Assembly (NCBI RefSeq): GCF_001194135.2
Contig: NC_068982.1
Span: 166,454,626 to 166,518,625, forward strand
Direction: 5' to 3'
From: Octopus bimaculoides
Lineage: Eukaryota
DNA: 64,000 bases
In this document: positions 12,051 to 24,759 of the stretch, in pieces
Numbering within the stretch: the first letter of the stretch is position 1
Layout: the number at the start of each line of letters is the position of its first letter
Position numbers and translations under genes: made by a program
The notes under the pieces: model-generated
Databases searched by the model: none
Told to the model about the DNA's origin: nothing
What the model saw: the letters and a program-made list of their open reading frames with translations, nothing else

Positions 12051-13959
12051 TGTGGAAAAAAAATTCTAGTAACTTTAAAAGAATATACTTTACAGATTGT
12101 CAGACATAACAAGAAATAGAAGTTGAAAGTATATTTCAAGTTCGAATTCACTAACATTCATAATGAAAATATAACTCAGATTTATTATTGGCACTGTTGA
12201 GTCACCAGGTATTGGGACTTAGGATTCACTTTTTGGCTATTTTACTGACCTCTTCTCGGTTAGTCAGACCTTTTGTGTTGATACAATTAAAACAAAAACA
12301 ACTTCTTTTTACTAGAATTTGAAAGTAAAAAAAAAAATACAGCCTAAGCCAACGAAAATATTAACTGACACCTTCAGTTCCACCTATTTAATGGTTTAAA
12401 AATATTTTTTATTGTTTTACATATTTCTCTGCTAGTGTGAGTGACATGCTTTGTTGTAGCAATTGTATTTAATTTTTCATTTTTAAAATTCTAATTTTAT
12501 TTATTTATACATATATATATTTTTTGTAATAAGATATATTTCTTTCTTTTCTCCACTCAACTGGTAAGAGTGGAAGTTATCAGTCCAGCAGAATTATGTG
12601 CTTTAACCAACTTTTTCAATCTAGTAGGCCAGTACTAATTTCTGGCTTCTTGGTATGAAGTGGGTGAAAGAAATGTGACCATATACAAGATGCTAGTATA
12701 TTTGCAGGTACTTTCCCCACAGCACTATGAGACAACGAATCACTAATTTTACAATTTAGCTGCAGCTTATAATAATGAGTTATATTACACTGCCATACAT
12801 ACTCAGAATTCAATGGACATAGTCAAAGTCATTAGCATCAACACAAAATGAACCTCTGATTTTTTTGATTGACTGGTTATTCAGCATCTTATCAATTTAG
12901 TCATCTTTACATTTAATCTTTAAAGTAAAAAATTCTCTGTTAATTATACTTATTCATATTGATCTTTTTGAACTATGAAGGCATTGGAAATTTCCATAGA
13001 AATTCAAATCAATTGGAAATAAGTGCACTTTGCACACATGTGAATCACGAGTTTTCTTTTGTTTTAGAATGAAAACAAGAGAAATTATATCACAATATCA
13101 CACTTCAGAACATCATATATTGCAAGTGTGGACAGCATTTGGTCAACCCACCTTATATTAGTAATGCTGAACAGAAAATGTGATTAAAAAGGCAAGCATA
13201 GTAACTAGACACAATACAATAAAATAGATAACTACAAAGCAGTACAGTACTGAAATGACATGTTAGAAAAAATGTGTACTACATTCAGACAGAATATTTG
13301 GTTGCACATTAACAGAGTGTGAATATAACACAGCACATGATAAACAGTGGAATGACTGTGCAAAATATAGTTAGCATTCATACAGAGAGACAACCAGAGC
13401 AGATAGAAGGTTTCACACTCAGGAGAAAAGAAAAAGGATAAGTAGGCCAACTGCTTAGATTCTTAATAATAATAAATTTGTAAAATGAAAAGATTAAGAG
13501 TTGAACATTATCAACAGGAAAAATGGATGTCAAAAAAATTCAATTTATTAGAATTCCTATGTTTAGCCAAACTTCACATTGATTACATTAAATATTTCTA
13601 TTTTACTAGATCATCACCATCAAAGTCAGTGAGAAAGCATGTTTGTTGTTGCTTGACAAACAAGAAATAGCAGTTAAATCTCTTTTGGATCACACTCTAC
13701 TATCCTTAGGAAAAGGAAGAATATAGTAGAAAATGACATATAAGATAAACAATGTCTGAAAAGATGGGATGGTCATGGCTGGAATGTCTTTAATCATAGA
13801 TTTGCATGAAAACGCTGGACAAAATATGTTTGTAGATGAGAGGGAAAACAAAAGAATCATTATAGTTTAAGTGGCTGAGTATTCCAGACATACTTGTACT
13901 TTTTTTAAGGTGACTCTGAGCCAGAATCAGCATAGTACAGTGAGTGAGAAAGCTGCCAT

Positions 13960-14115
13960 TACAAGTACAGCCCATCAGACAGTTTCAATTTACGCAAAAT
14001 CATTTACAAAGCTTGGCTTGATCCAAGGCAATAGTAAAAGACACTTGCTCAAAGTGCTACACAGTGGGATTGAACTGAGGACCACATGATTGTGAAGCAA
14101 ACCTCTTAGACCACT
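13960..14115 (-). mobile_element. CORE-type SINE 5' half (tRNA-like head)
   Basis: GACACTTGCTCAAAGTGCTACACAGTGGGATTGAACT..ACCACATG. Confidence 0.7.
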
Positions 14116-16483
14116 TGATTGCTTGTTGTTTCAAAAACTGAATTGTCTTTTTGCATTTATTTCAGGAAATTTAGCAATAAAAGGTTCACAGAACATAACT
14201 ATATCTTTAAAAAAAGTAGCAAGTGGTTAAGGAAATAAGGAAGCTAGTCCACATGACATTTGCCAATACTGTACAGTGAACCAATGATTGGCTCATTAGA
14301 AACCTATAACTAACAATACTATTGTTCACTAATGGAAGATATAAAAATAAAATATTAAAAAAATCAATTACTCCAAAATAGATTCTATGAAGTAGTACAG
14401 CTAGTTTTATGTTTTTAAATAATGCAAGCAATGTTTAAGTGCTAAGAATGTTTTTTAACTTGCATTGCTGAACTCCTATAACTACAGTGACTATAAATTT
14501 ATTTGAAAAGTGGGGAGGGAAAATGAGATGGGTTTCACTAAACTAACTTGCCTAGATACACTACAATGTGAAAAACGGTTTGCCTACAACCAAGTAAATT
14601 ACTGGAGTCAAGCACACATTGAGACATATAGCTTTAGCTAAATGTATCAATAAAAAAAATCGCTATTGTTTAAAGATCTGCCAAAATTCCTTGGCTATAT
14701 ACAATCATGTACTAATTTAGTGGGGTCTCCCATATAATATAGTGAGTTACAAAATTTCAACTGAAATAATTCAAGCAGTCAATAGACAAAAACTCCTAGG
14801 AATGCTTAAAAATCTTGAAAATGGGGGAGATAAATGTTTTGATAATTAAAGACAATGCACATAGGAATGGATCATGTCTTTAAAGTAAACTATGAAAGCA
14901 ACAGATACATTTCAAACTTATTAGACCTCTGCACCAAAGCATATTATATTGAGGTGGCAAGATTTAGAGTAATATATGTATAGAGGGAATGTAGTGATAC
15001 TGATTATGTATATCAACAATATGGCTGAGGGAAACTATGTCAAGGAAGCAGTCTACATATCAAAAACACACCTGGTAAGGTCTTGTGTATGCAGTTTTAA
15101 CTTTATCATTCTGTAAACAGCAGAAATATCATTGATCAAGCTGACCCTGATAACAAATGAATGTATTCTTTTACTGACTTTATTTATTGGGTTGCTGCCA
15201 AGCTGGAGCATTACTTTCAGGGATATAGTCAATTATATTGATCCCATTACTTAACTGGTGGTTATTTTATTTAAACCTGCACAGGATTTGACCAATGAAT
15301 GTGAAGGCATGTAACCAAACACTGTCAAGGTCTATTATTCCCCTCTCTAACTGCAATTCAAACTGAAGATTACATGCACTAAATACATCCAATTAACAAT
15401 TCATCAGGAAAAAAAAATTTGTTTGGGAGACGTGTGTGTGGCAATCAGATAGGTACAGCAATGGGTGTGTGTGTGGTGAGATGACTTCCACCAATAGTTT
15501 ATTGATCATTAAATGACTGCAAGTGATTAGAGAAATTTGGAAGTTGCAACAGACATCAGATTATTTTCTTCATCACAGGCATAATACAGAAGATAAACTA
15601 GGAATTATGATGTTTGTGTCTCTTTCAAGAGCATTAGAAACTAATGAAATAAAATAGCTGCTATAAAAAATTTAACATCAATCAAAAACATACATCTGGT
15701 GAAATGCAACATTTTCTATCGCAAAAAATACCAGACCACATAACATACAGCTTGCTTTAGCACACACACACACACACATACACTTGCAGGTCAGAAATTT
15801 AGGGTCTGTTTCTGTGGTTCCAATTTCACAACAGTCATTTTAATCTTTCAGCTCTCTACGAATGATGATTTATGTGCCATATGTATGTGTTTGTGTAGAG
15901 AGGTAATAACAATTTTGACAGTCTGTTTAGCAGTTGAACATTGCAATCCAACCTCAACTTCCTTAGTTAAGAAACCATCTTGACAGAATTGCTAGCATTC
16001 TGTCTTGATGGAGACAGAGCTTCTCAAAACAAAATTTTTATTAAAAACGTTAATCATAGGTGAATCTAAAGATGAAGATATATGGGATTAAAAAGATTAT
16101 TCTAAAATTTCTAGAGGTATGAAAAAAAAAATTACAAGAAAATTCCTTAATTTTTTCAGACTTACATTGACTTAATGGTAACTAGAAACTTAGAAGTCTA
16201 CTAAGCTTGCTTGATTTGGAAATAAAAATAGACTATACATAATGTCTATTTTTATTTAATATAATGGTTAGCTACAATTATAACATTAAAAATATTTTTG
16301 TAAACAACAATTTGAGATAAAAAAAATAATCATGTGCTAACTTACAGAAATCACAAAGCATATTTATTCCTTACTAGTAAAACCAGGAGACCTGTAGTTT
16401 TCTTCTCTCAAATTAAGTTACAAAATTCTACCCACAATAATATATCTAAAATTTACCTCAAGACAGTTTTTATTCTACACAAA

Positions 16484-16536
<53 letters not shown>

Positions 16537-19004
16537 GTATGTATGTATATATATATATATATATCTGTATGTATGTATAAAAAAGGAAAATGGAATGAGC
16601 TAATCCTTTTATTACATTAATTTGCAACTGTTCCAATCTCATGAATATTGTTATATTATGCATAAAGTTACTTGCAAATAAAGCAATATTCATGAGATTG
16701 AATTCAGATGAAACAATTGTGTAAATTAATGTAATAAAAGGACTTGCCTCTTTTTGTTTATAATTGTAAAAACTCTGGATATGTGTGGATTTTTAAGAAT
16801 GTGTTTGATAAAACAAACAATCTCTGCATTACTGTCTGTCTGATAACATGGACCCATGGATAATAGGGTAAACTCAAGGGTCAACGCCCAAATGAAATTA
16901 TTATACATATATATATATATATGAATTTAAAAACCTGCTTAAATGCTCAGTTTCATTTCATGATTATGATCTGTGAAACTGAAATACTGAGTAAGAATGA
17001 ATTAAGATCTTTAATCTTTAAAAATATTGTTACAGCTTCTGCTTTATGCAAACACACACACACACACACACGTACAATACACACTTATAATCCAGTTTGG
17101 TAAAATGGGCATAAAACTGATGATGATGGTGATGTGTACTTCTTGGTTACACTTGCTTGGTTCGTGATTTCACTTGGAACTGTGTGTTAATATTAAAATA
17201 ATTGCATTATACTAAAGCCTTCACTTCAGCTATATTATTGTTTTGTGATGACAGTAAAAACCCTTAAACAAGGAAAGTATTTTGCTGTACTCTATGACAT
17301 ATTTATTGGTAATCTGCTTCAATCAATGACAAGATAATAGATGCATGATGAAGGATTTTCACATATATTACAAAACAATAATAACAGAAATGAATACAAA
17401 AGGCTATATGTGCATATATGTGTGTGTGTGTGTATATTATATATATAAATTAGTAGTTGTAGATTTGATAACTTAATTCAGTAAATTATGTATTTCAGTG
17501 AAGAATTAAAAAAGAAGCAAAAAAAAAATCCTTTTAAGTATAAAGAAAGAAAACTGGAAACTGTCCAAAATCTTCAGGTTGCTAACAATTTCCATAGTCT
17601 TAAATTAGAAAGTTTAAAGCAGTATTTTGTGATTCATTTAGCACCTGACATCTATTGTTCAAAATAAACAGTGAAATCATAAATAAAGTTATATTTCATA
17701 TAAATATTCACACAGTAAAACAGAGAATTTGAACCAGTGTTGTTGCATTTGTGTGTATATGTGTGTACCTACCTAATCATTTAAGTTGGGAGATGGAGTT
17801 GTGTGTTTTGTGTATGTATGAATGAGAAAACAGCAGTTTCAATTGTGTTTATATTCAGATATGAGATTCTCGGTTCAACCTTTCATTCATAAAATTCTTT
17901 CATATGTTTCGATTACATAACAAGTAAACATGAATAGCACTTAACAAATATACAGTCATGCGTTCTCAAAGACTGTAATATATTTCACAACTATGATACA
18001 TGGAAGTGTAATGAAGGCAGAAAAGATGCACTTTCAAGAATGTATATATGCTCAGTTACTTTCAGTGAAAAGTAATCAATATAGAATATTTTTCAGATAA
18101 AAAGAGAGGGATATATAACTTTATGTCTAGAATATATTCCTTGCGGGAACCTCATAAAAAAGAATTTCTTGTAACTCACAAGATACAAATGCACATTGAG
18201 TAGTCAGGTTTAAGTATAATACAGATGTATTTATGTGCAATTTGATTTACTTAAAACTGATTACTTAAGAGTTATAAATGTTAAAAATATGCAGGACATA
18301 TGGATAACTAATAGAAAATATGAATCGAATTCCATCACAACGAATGAGTAAAATTGTCTTTGATGGACATTTAAAAAATAAATGATTAAAATAAAAATGT
18401 TAAAAATAGTCTCCGTACAGCAAAATCTATTTGCCAGCTGCCAGCAGTTGAGTTATATCCCTGGCAAGGATATCAATAAGGTAGGGGAAGGAGGAAAATA
18501 ACCAGCGTTGAATAGTGTTGTTATTAGATGGAGTGAGGAATACTCCAAAATGTCAACATATAGAAATGGAGGTAACTTCCAACTGTTGAACAGGAAAAAA
18601 AAAATTAAATTTATATAAAATTTGTTCAAGAGATAGTTGAAATATGTTCGTTCCCTCCAAAAGATTATTTCTGTTTAGTTTTATAGATAAAATTTGAAGA
18701 GGAAATTATAAAAACTTAAATGCATAAGAGAAAAAAAATAAATGTGAAATGTGCATGGGTTTATATTTTGATGTTATGGAGGGGAAAAATATTGCCATAA
18801 CGTTTTTCTTTCATGAGATTTTATTTTAGTCTAGCTTTGTTGATTTCATTTAGTCTTAAGAGTAACTTAGTGTAAATCTGGCACTGCCAAAGTAATCTGT
18901 TCTCCTCTAATTCACTTGCTGGCAAGAGCAGCAAAAATAAACAATGTTGTTGCTTGCAAAATGATGAGAGCATAGTCATAAATCTTTGAGCAAGTCTGTT
19001 GATG

Positions 19005-19073
19005 TTATCGTGGAAGTGGTGGCTTTCTAGGTACAGGTGGTATTTCTTCTTCAACTGGGATTGGAGGAGGTGG
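19005..19073 (-). CDS. DOCK1: DOCK terminal coding exon: [22 protein letters not shown]
   Basis: tttattttgcag/CCA..TAA; proline-rich end typical of DOCK-A. An additional exon hidden in gap 21487-22181 cannot be excluded. Confidence 0.82.
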   Translation of the reverse strand, partial: PPPPIPVEEEIPPVPRKPPLPR

Positions 19074-19335
19074 CTGCAAAATAAAGTTAAAACAGCTGAG
19101 TATATGTAAAATGGTAAATATGCACACACACACACATAGTGAGAAAATCCATTCATCTTACATGACAACTTCTCTAGATTTTGCATCCTGAACACTCTTA
19201 AAATGGTTGGTGTTAGTATAATCCAGCTACAGAAAGCAAAACCATCTAGGAGAGCAGTGACTTCAAATAGGAACTGACTTGGAATCAACAACTCATACAA
19301 CCCATGCGAGAATGGAAAATGGACATAAAACATTG

Positions 19336-19397
<62 letters not shown>

Positions 19398-19659
19398 TAC
19401 ACATATATACACACACAACAAAAAAATTTTTTTAAATATATTCTTTTATTTTATTTTTTTACTTGTTTCAGTCATTTAACTGCAGCTATGCTGGAGCACG
19501 GCCTTGAAGTGTTTTAGTCGAACTATTTGACTTGAGGACATTTTTAAAGCCTAGTACTTATTCTATTGGCTTCTTTTGTTGAACTACTAAATTACAGGGA
19601 CATAAACATACCAACAGCAGATGTCAAGCAGTGATGGAGGTACAAACACAGACACAATG

Positions 19660-19709
<50 letters not shown>

Positions 19710-22181
19710 GACAAGCTTTTTTCTGTTTCCATCCTCAAAATCCATTTACAAGGCTTTGGTCAGTCTGAGGCTATAGTAGAAGGCAATTGGCCAAGGTGCC
19801 ATGCAGTAGGACTGAACCCATATACATATATGAAACATGACACATCTCATGTTTTCTGCGTACAGTTTAGGAGTTATTCTGATTTTTCTTGATTATTGTA
19901 GTGACAAAAGAGGAGTGATTAAATAGTTAAACAGAGCTATGGCATGAAAGTTTCTGTCATGCAATAGAGGTACATGAAAGGAAAAGAAAAATGTTAAAAC
20001 ATCTATAAACATATCTCAGTGATCAAACTCTATCAAAAATATCAAATAGAGAAGCAAGACATCATCAGATAACTTGAATAACTAGACAAAATTGGACAAT
20101 AGTTTTTGAGATGGAGGGAGTGAGGGAAGATGGATGGATGGATAGGTGGGTAAGTATATATACATACATACATATATATATGTACACAGTATTTCACAGA
20201 AGTATGTACACCCCTAAAAAATTTCAGTAAAATTGCCTGATACTCTGATAATATCGAAGGAAATCAAATGAAATTTATACTGAATAAAATATATTATACA
20301 TGCAAACATTATACGAATTTGGAACTCAAAACAATAAACATTTTCAAAGATATGAACAAAATATTAATTTTCAAATGATACAAAAATATGTACAACCTAT
20401 AGGGTTATTTGCTATATTCAATATTCGGTGTGACTGTCCTTGCTTTCAATGACTGCATTAAGTCTTTGGGGCATAGAGTCCGACTAAATTTCAGCATATA
20501 AACAATGAAATCAACCTCCATTCATCCTGAATGATGTCTTTCAACTGTGTTACATTGCAGGGCTTTTTCTCCTCAACCTTCCTTTTCAATACACCCCACA
20601 GATGTTCTATTGAGTTTAAATCAGGTGACATGGTAGGCCAAGGCAATACATTTACCTTTTTATCTGATAAAAACTTGGTCATCATCTTTGAAGTGTGTTT
20701 AGAGTCGTTATCATGTTGGAACATGGAATGTCTACCTAGTTCCTTGATGCTTTTCAACATTGTTTTCTGCAATATGTCACAATAAAGCCTTGAATCCATT
20801 ATTCTCTCAATAAATGTGAGTCCTCCCACACCAGCTGCACTCATGCATCCCCAAAGCATCATACTTCCACTGCTATGTTTCACAGTAGGCACGGTGCATT
20901 TGTCATTATTATATTTACCTGGTTGTCGCCATACTCATTTAATACCATCTGACTTAAACAAGTTGATTTTAATCTCATCAGAAAAAAGAATTTTATTCCA
21001 GAACTTCTTCCCCTTACTCACATAGGTTTCAGCAAAAGAAAGACGACTTGATTTATGCCTGGTAGTGAGGAGAGGTTTCCTATGAGGAATGCATCAACGA
21101 AGACCACACTGGTTCAAATTTCGGCAAACTGTTTGGGTGGATACACTCTTTCCACTAACAGAAGGCACATCTTGGGCCAAAGATGAAGCGGTACGACGCC
21201 TGTTGTCCATCACACAACATTGGATGTGTTGAATATCACATGCAGTTAAAACAGGATCACCCGGATGATGTTTATTGCTTAGCCATCCAGTAGCTTTGCC
21301 CTTCTGAATTACTTTGGCAACTGTGTTTATGCTAATACATATTCATTTGCTAACTAACTTGTATCCAAAACCATTCTTACTCTCTTTTACTTGTTCCAGT
21401 CATTTGACTGTGGCCATGCTGGAGCACCGCCTTTAGTCGAGCAAATCGACCCTGGGACTTATTGTTTGTAAGCCTAGTACTTATTCNNNNNNNNNNNNNN
21501 NNNNNNNNNNNNNNNNNNNNNNNNNNNNNNNNNNNNNNNNNNNNNNNNNNNNNNNNNNNNNNNNNNNNNNNNNNNNNNNNNNNNNNNNNNNNNNNNNNNN
21601 NNNNNNNNNNNNNNNNNNNNNNNNNNNNNNNNNNNNNNNNNNNNNNNNNNNNNNNNNNNNNNNNNNNNNNNNNNNNNNNNNNNNNNNNNNNNNNNNNNNN
21701 NNNNNNNNNNNNNNNNNNNNNNNNNNNNNNNNNNNNNNNNNNNNNNNNNNNNNNNNNNNNNNNNNNNNNNNNNNNNNNNNNNNNNNNNNNNNNNNNNNNN
21801 NNNNNNNNNNNNNNNNNNNNNNNNNNNNNNNNNNNNNNNNNNNNNNNNNNNNNNNNNNNNNNNNNNNNNNNNNNNNNNNNNNNNNNNNNNNNNNNNNNNN
21901 NNNNNNNNNNNNNNNNNNNNNNNNNNNNNNNNNNNNNNNNNNNNNNNNNNNNNNNNNNNNNNNNNNNNNNNNNNNNNNNNNNNNNNNNNNNNNNNNNNNN
22001 NNNNNNNNNNNNNNNNNNNNNNNNNNNNNNNNNNNNNNNNNNNNNNNNNNNNNNNNNNNNNNNNNNNNNNNNNNNNNNNNNNNNNNNNNNNNNNNNNNNN
22101 NNNNNNNNNNNNNNNNNNNNNNNNNNNNNNNNNNNNNNNNNNNNNNNNNNNNNNNNNNNNNNNNNNNNNNNNNNNNNNNNN

Positions 22182-22237
<56 letters not shown>

Positions 22238-24709
22238 GTTTAACGTCCGCTTTCCATGCTTGCATGGGTTGGACGCCTTGACTGAGGACTGGTGAAACCG
22301 GATGGCAACACCAGGCTCCAATCTAAATTTGGCAGAGTTTCTACAGCTGGGTGCCCTTCCTAACGCCAACCACTCAGAGAGTGCATGTATAATATATTTT
22401 ATTCAGTATAAATTTTGTTAGATTTCCTTCAATATTATCAGAGTAATGGTAATTTTACTGAAATTTTTTAGTAAGATACTTTATATATATATATATATAT
22501 TAAATGTGTGTGCACGCGCACACGCACACACACATTTGCAAGATCTTACTTTGTTTTTAGGTCCAACTGTAGTGATTAGACGATGGGAAACGATTTGTGA
22601 GTCCTCTCCCATAGTATTTGTGTAGTCAGCAAATGTTAGCTTTTCCGGGAGCGGCGGTGGTTCGCCATAGAAATCAGAATCATCGCTGGTTGATTCGGGT
22701 GTTTCTGATATAAAACAAAAGAGAAGTAATTAATTATTGCAGTTAGACAGTTCATGGATTGGGCGAGGCCTTACTTGAGGCAGTATTTTACTGCTTGATA
22801 CCCTTCCTGTTACCAAACTTTACTTGCTCTACAAGTAAGGGGTATTATTTTTGTTCTATTATTCATCAAATGTGCTGAGCAACCATTTGTAATGTCAATA
22901 AAGAATGTAAACATCATATCAGCATTTCACTCAAGACACTCACAAAGCACTGGTCACCCCATGGTTATCGTAAAAGACACTTGTTCAAGGTGCTGCACAG
23001 TGAGAGCGAACCTGAAGCCATGTGGTTGCAAAGCAAACATCTTAATCAAACAACCATATGTATGTCTATTATAAACAACATCAATGATAGGTGATTCATT
23101 GACTTGTTAATGAAGAGTATTTAACTGAAATCAGGGTTCATGCTAGGCAGGCAGGCAGGCAGGCAGGCAGGCAAGTAGAGTAGGCAGGAAGTTTTTTTTC
23201 AATAACCTTCTTCATATTTAAAGGTTACATCTAGAAGATTTTTATTATACAGTGCCACAGGCAAGTACTGTAACCAAAACTAGTTTGTTCCCGGTGATTT
23301 GCATCTGTGATTCAGGTTCAGTTCTAGCTATTTCACTTACTTCACTTAGTTCCCTGGGTAATCACAACCTCCATTACTCAATGGACTAATCATCTGGTGA
23401 TGGATGTCTCTGCTCATGAAAATTCAAGCAATCAATTATTTATTGTATAATTTCAAGGGATAAATACTATTTACCTATCAGTAAATTTCTAGCATTCCCA
23501 CTGATCTGCCAGTTCAGATTAGTCTAAGCAGAAAGCACTACTGTGTCATATAAAATAATGTGCTCACTGTTTGAGTATAAGACTGAAGCCTTTTGAATAA
23601 AAGCTTCCTTTTTGTCATATAAACTTGTTTTCATTGGTAACTTTCACTTCTAATTTCTCTCTTATAATGAAGAACCAAAAAGAAAAGATACATCTTAAGC
23701 AATAACCAAGCCTTGTATTATCTGCCCTATTGCTAAATCTACAACAGATTGTATGGTACTTATAGATAGGTAGCTTCACTTGTGTGAATACATGCATAAA
23801 AAACTGACATTTATATATCATAGAAGAAAAGGAGCCATGGAAGAGGAGGAGTGGAGATAGAAAAGCTAAAAAGGTAAAGTCTTACAGAAATGGAGAAATA
23901 AGGAATTAAAAGAAGACAAACAGATAAAAATAAAAAAAACACTCAGGAAAGAAATGGAAGAGAATAATTCCTCTACTGAAACTTACAGACAAAAAGACTA
24001 TGGATGAACCAATGGCATTTTTGACGATTTTAATAAATACAAAGCACTTGGCAAGCAAGCCAGCTTTAAATTGTCATAAGTTTGTACTATAGGCTGTTTT
24101 TGATCTTCTGACACAGAATTAAATACCACATAATGGTATGATTTAAATAAATAATTACCTAACGTATTTGAGATGTTAGAACAAAGGCTTGAAGCACTGG
24201 CATGAAAAACTGAGAGAGTTTGATCAGGGTGGAACTGGCTGCTCGCTGGTCGGCTATTTCTGCGTTCAGAGTCAGGTCGTAGAGGGCGTTTGGGTGTTAG
24301 CTGGAGGAAGGAGTGAGAAGGTGAAGTTAAATACTCTTCAGTATTTTGGAAAAGAAAACAAAAGCAAAGTTTAACTTCAAAAAGAATGTAAAAAAAAAAT
24401 CTTCTCAGATTCAAGGAAATATTAAGTGTTTACAAACAAACCTGCTCATTAAGTTCTAAGCGCTGCTCCACAGAATTACGTTGGCTACTTGATGCAATGT
24501 TACTGGCATCAGGCAGTTGAGATGTGCGCCGGTTTTTGCTTTTTAATGGGAAACCATTTGCACATTCTGCTACGACACCAGCTACTGAAGCGCAGGAAAT
24601 CGAACGCGACCGGAGAGCAGTGTTACTTTTGGTAATTGGAGAAGGCATGTGGTTTAAAGTATGTGAACTTGTCCTGGAAAAATGAATAGAAAAAAAAAGA
24701 AAATATGAG

Positions 24710-24759
<50 letters not shown>

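Noticed and set aside
18821-19333. 170-aa minus-strand ORF over the DOCK stop
   Set aside because: It is in a different frame from the terminal exon. The upstream AG (22 nt earlier) would give an immediate stop in the host phase.
22182-22236. Poly-Asp, poly-Met and poly-Ser ORFs
   Set aside because: Translations of the (CAT)n tail of an RTE element.
24301-24441. 141-nt intron (multiple of 3) as a possible retained in-frame intron
   Set aside because: It begins GTT TGT TTG TAA, an in-frame stop.
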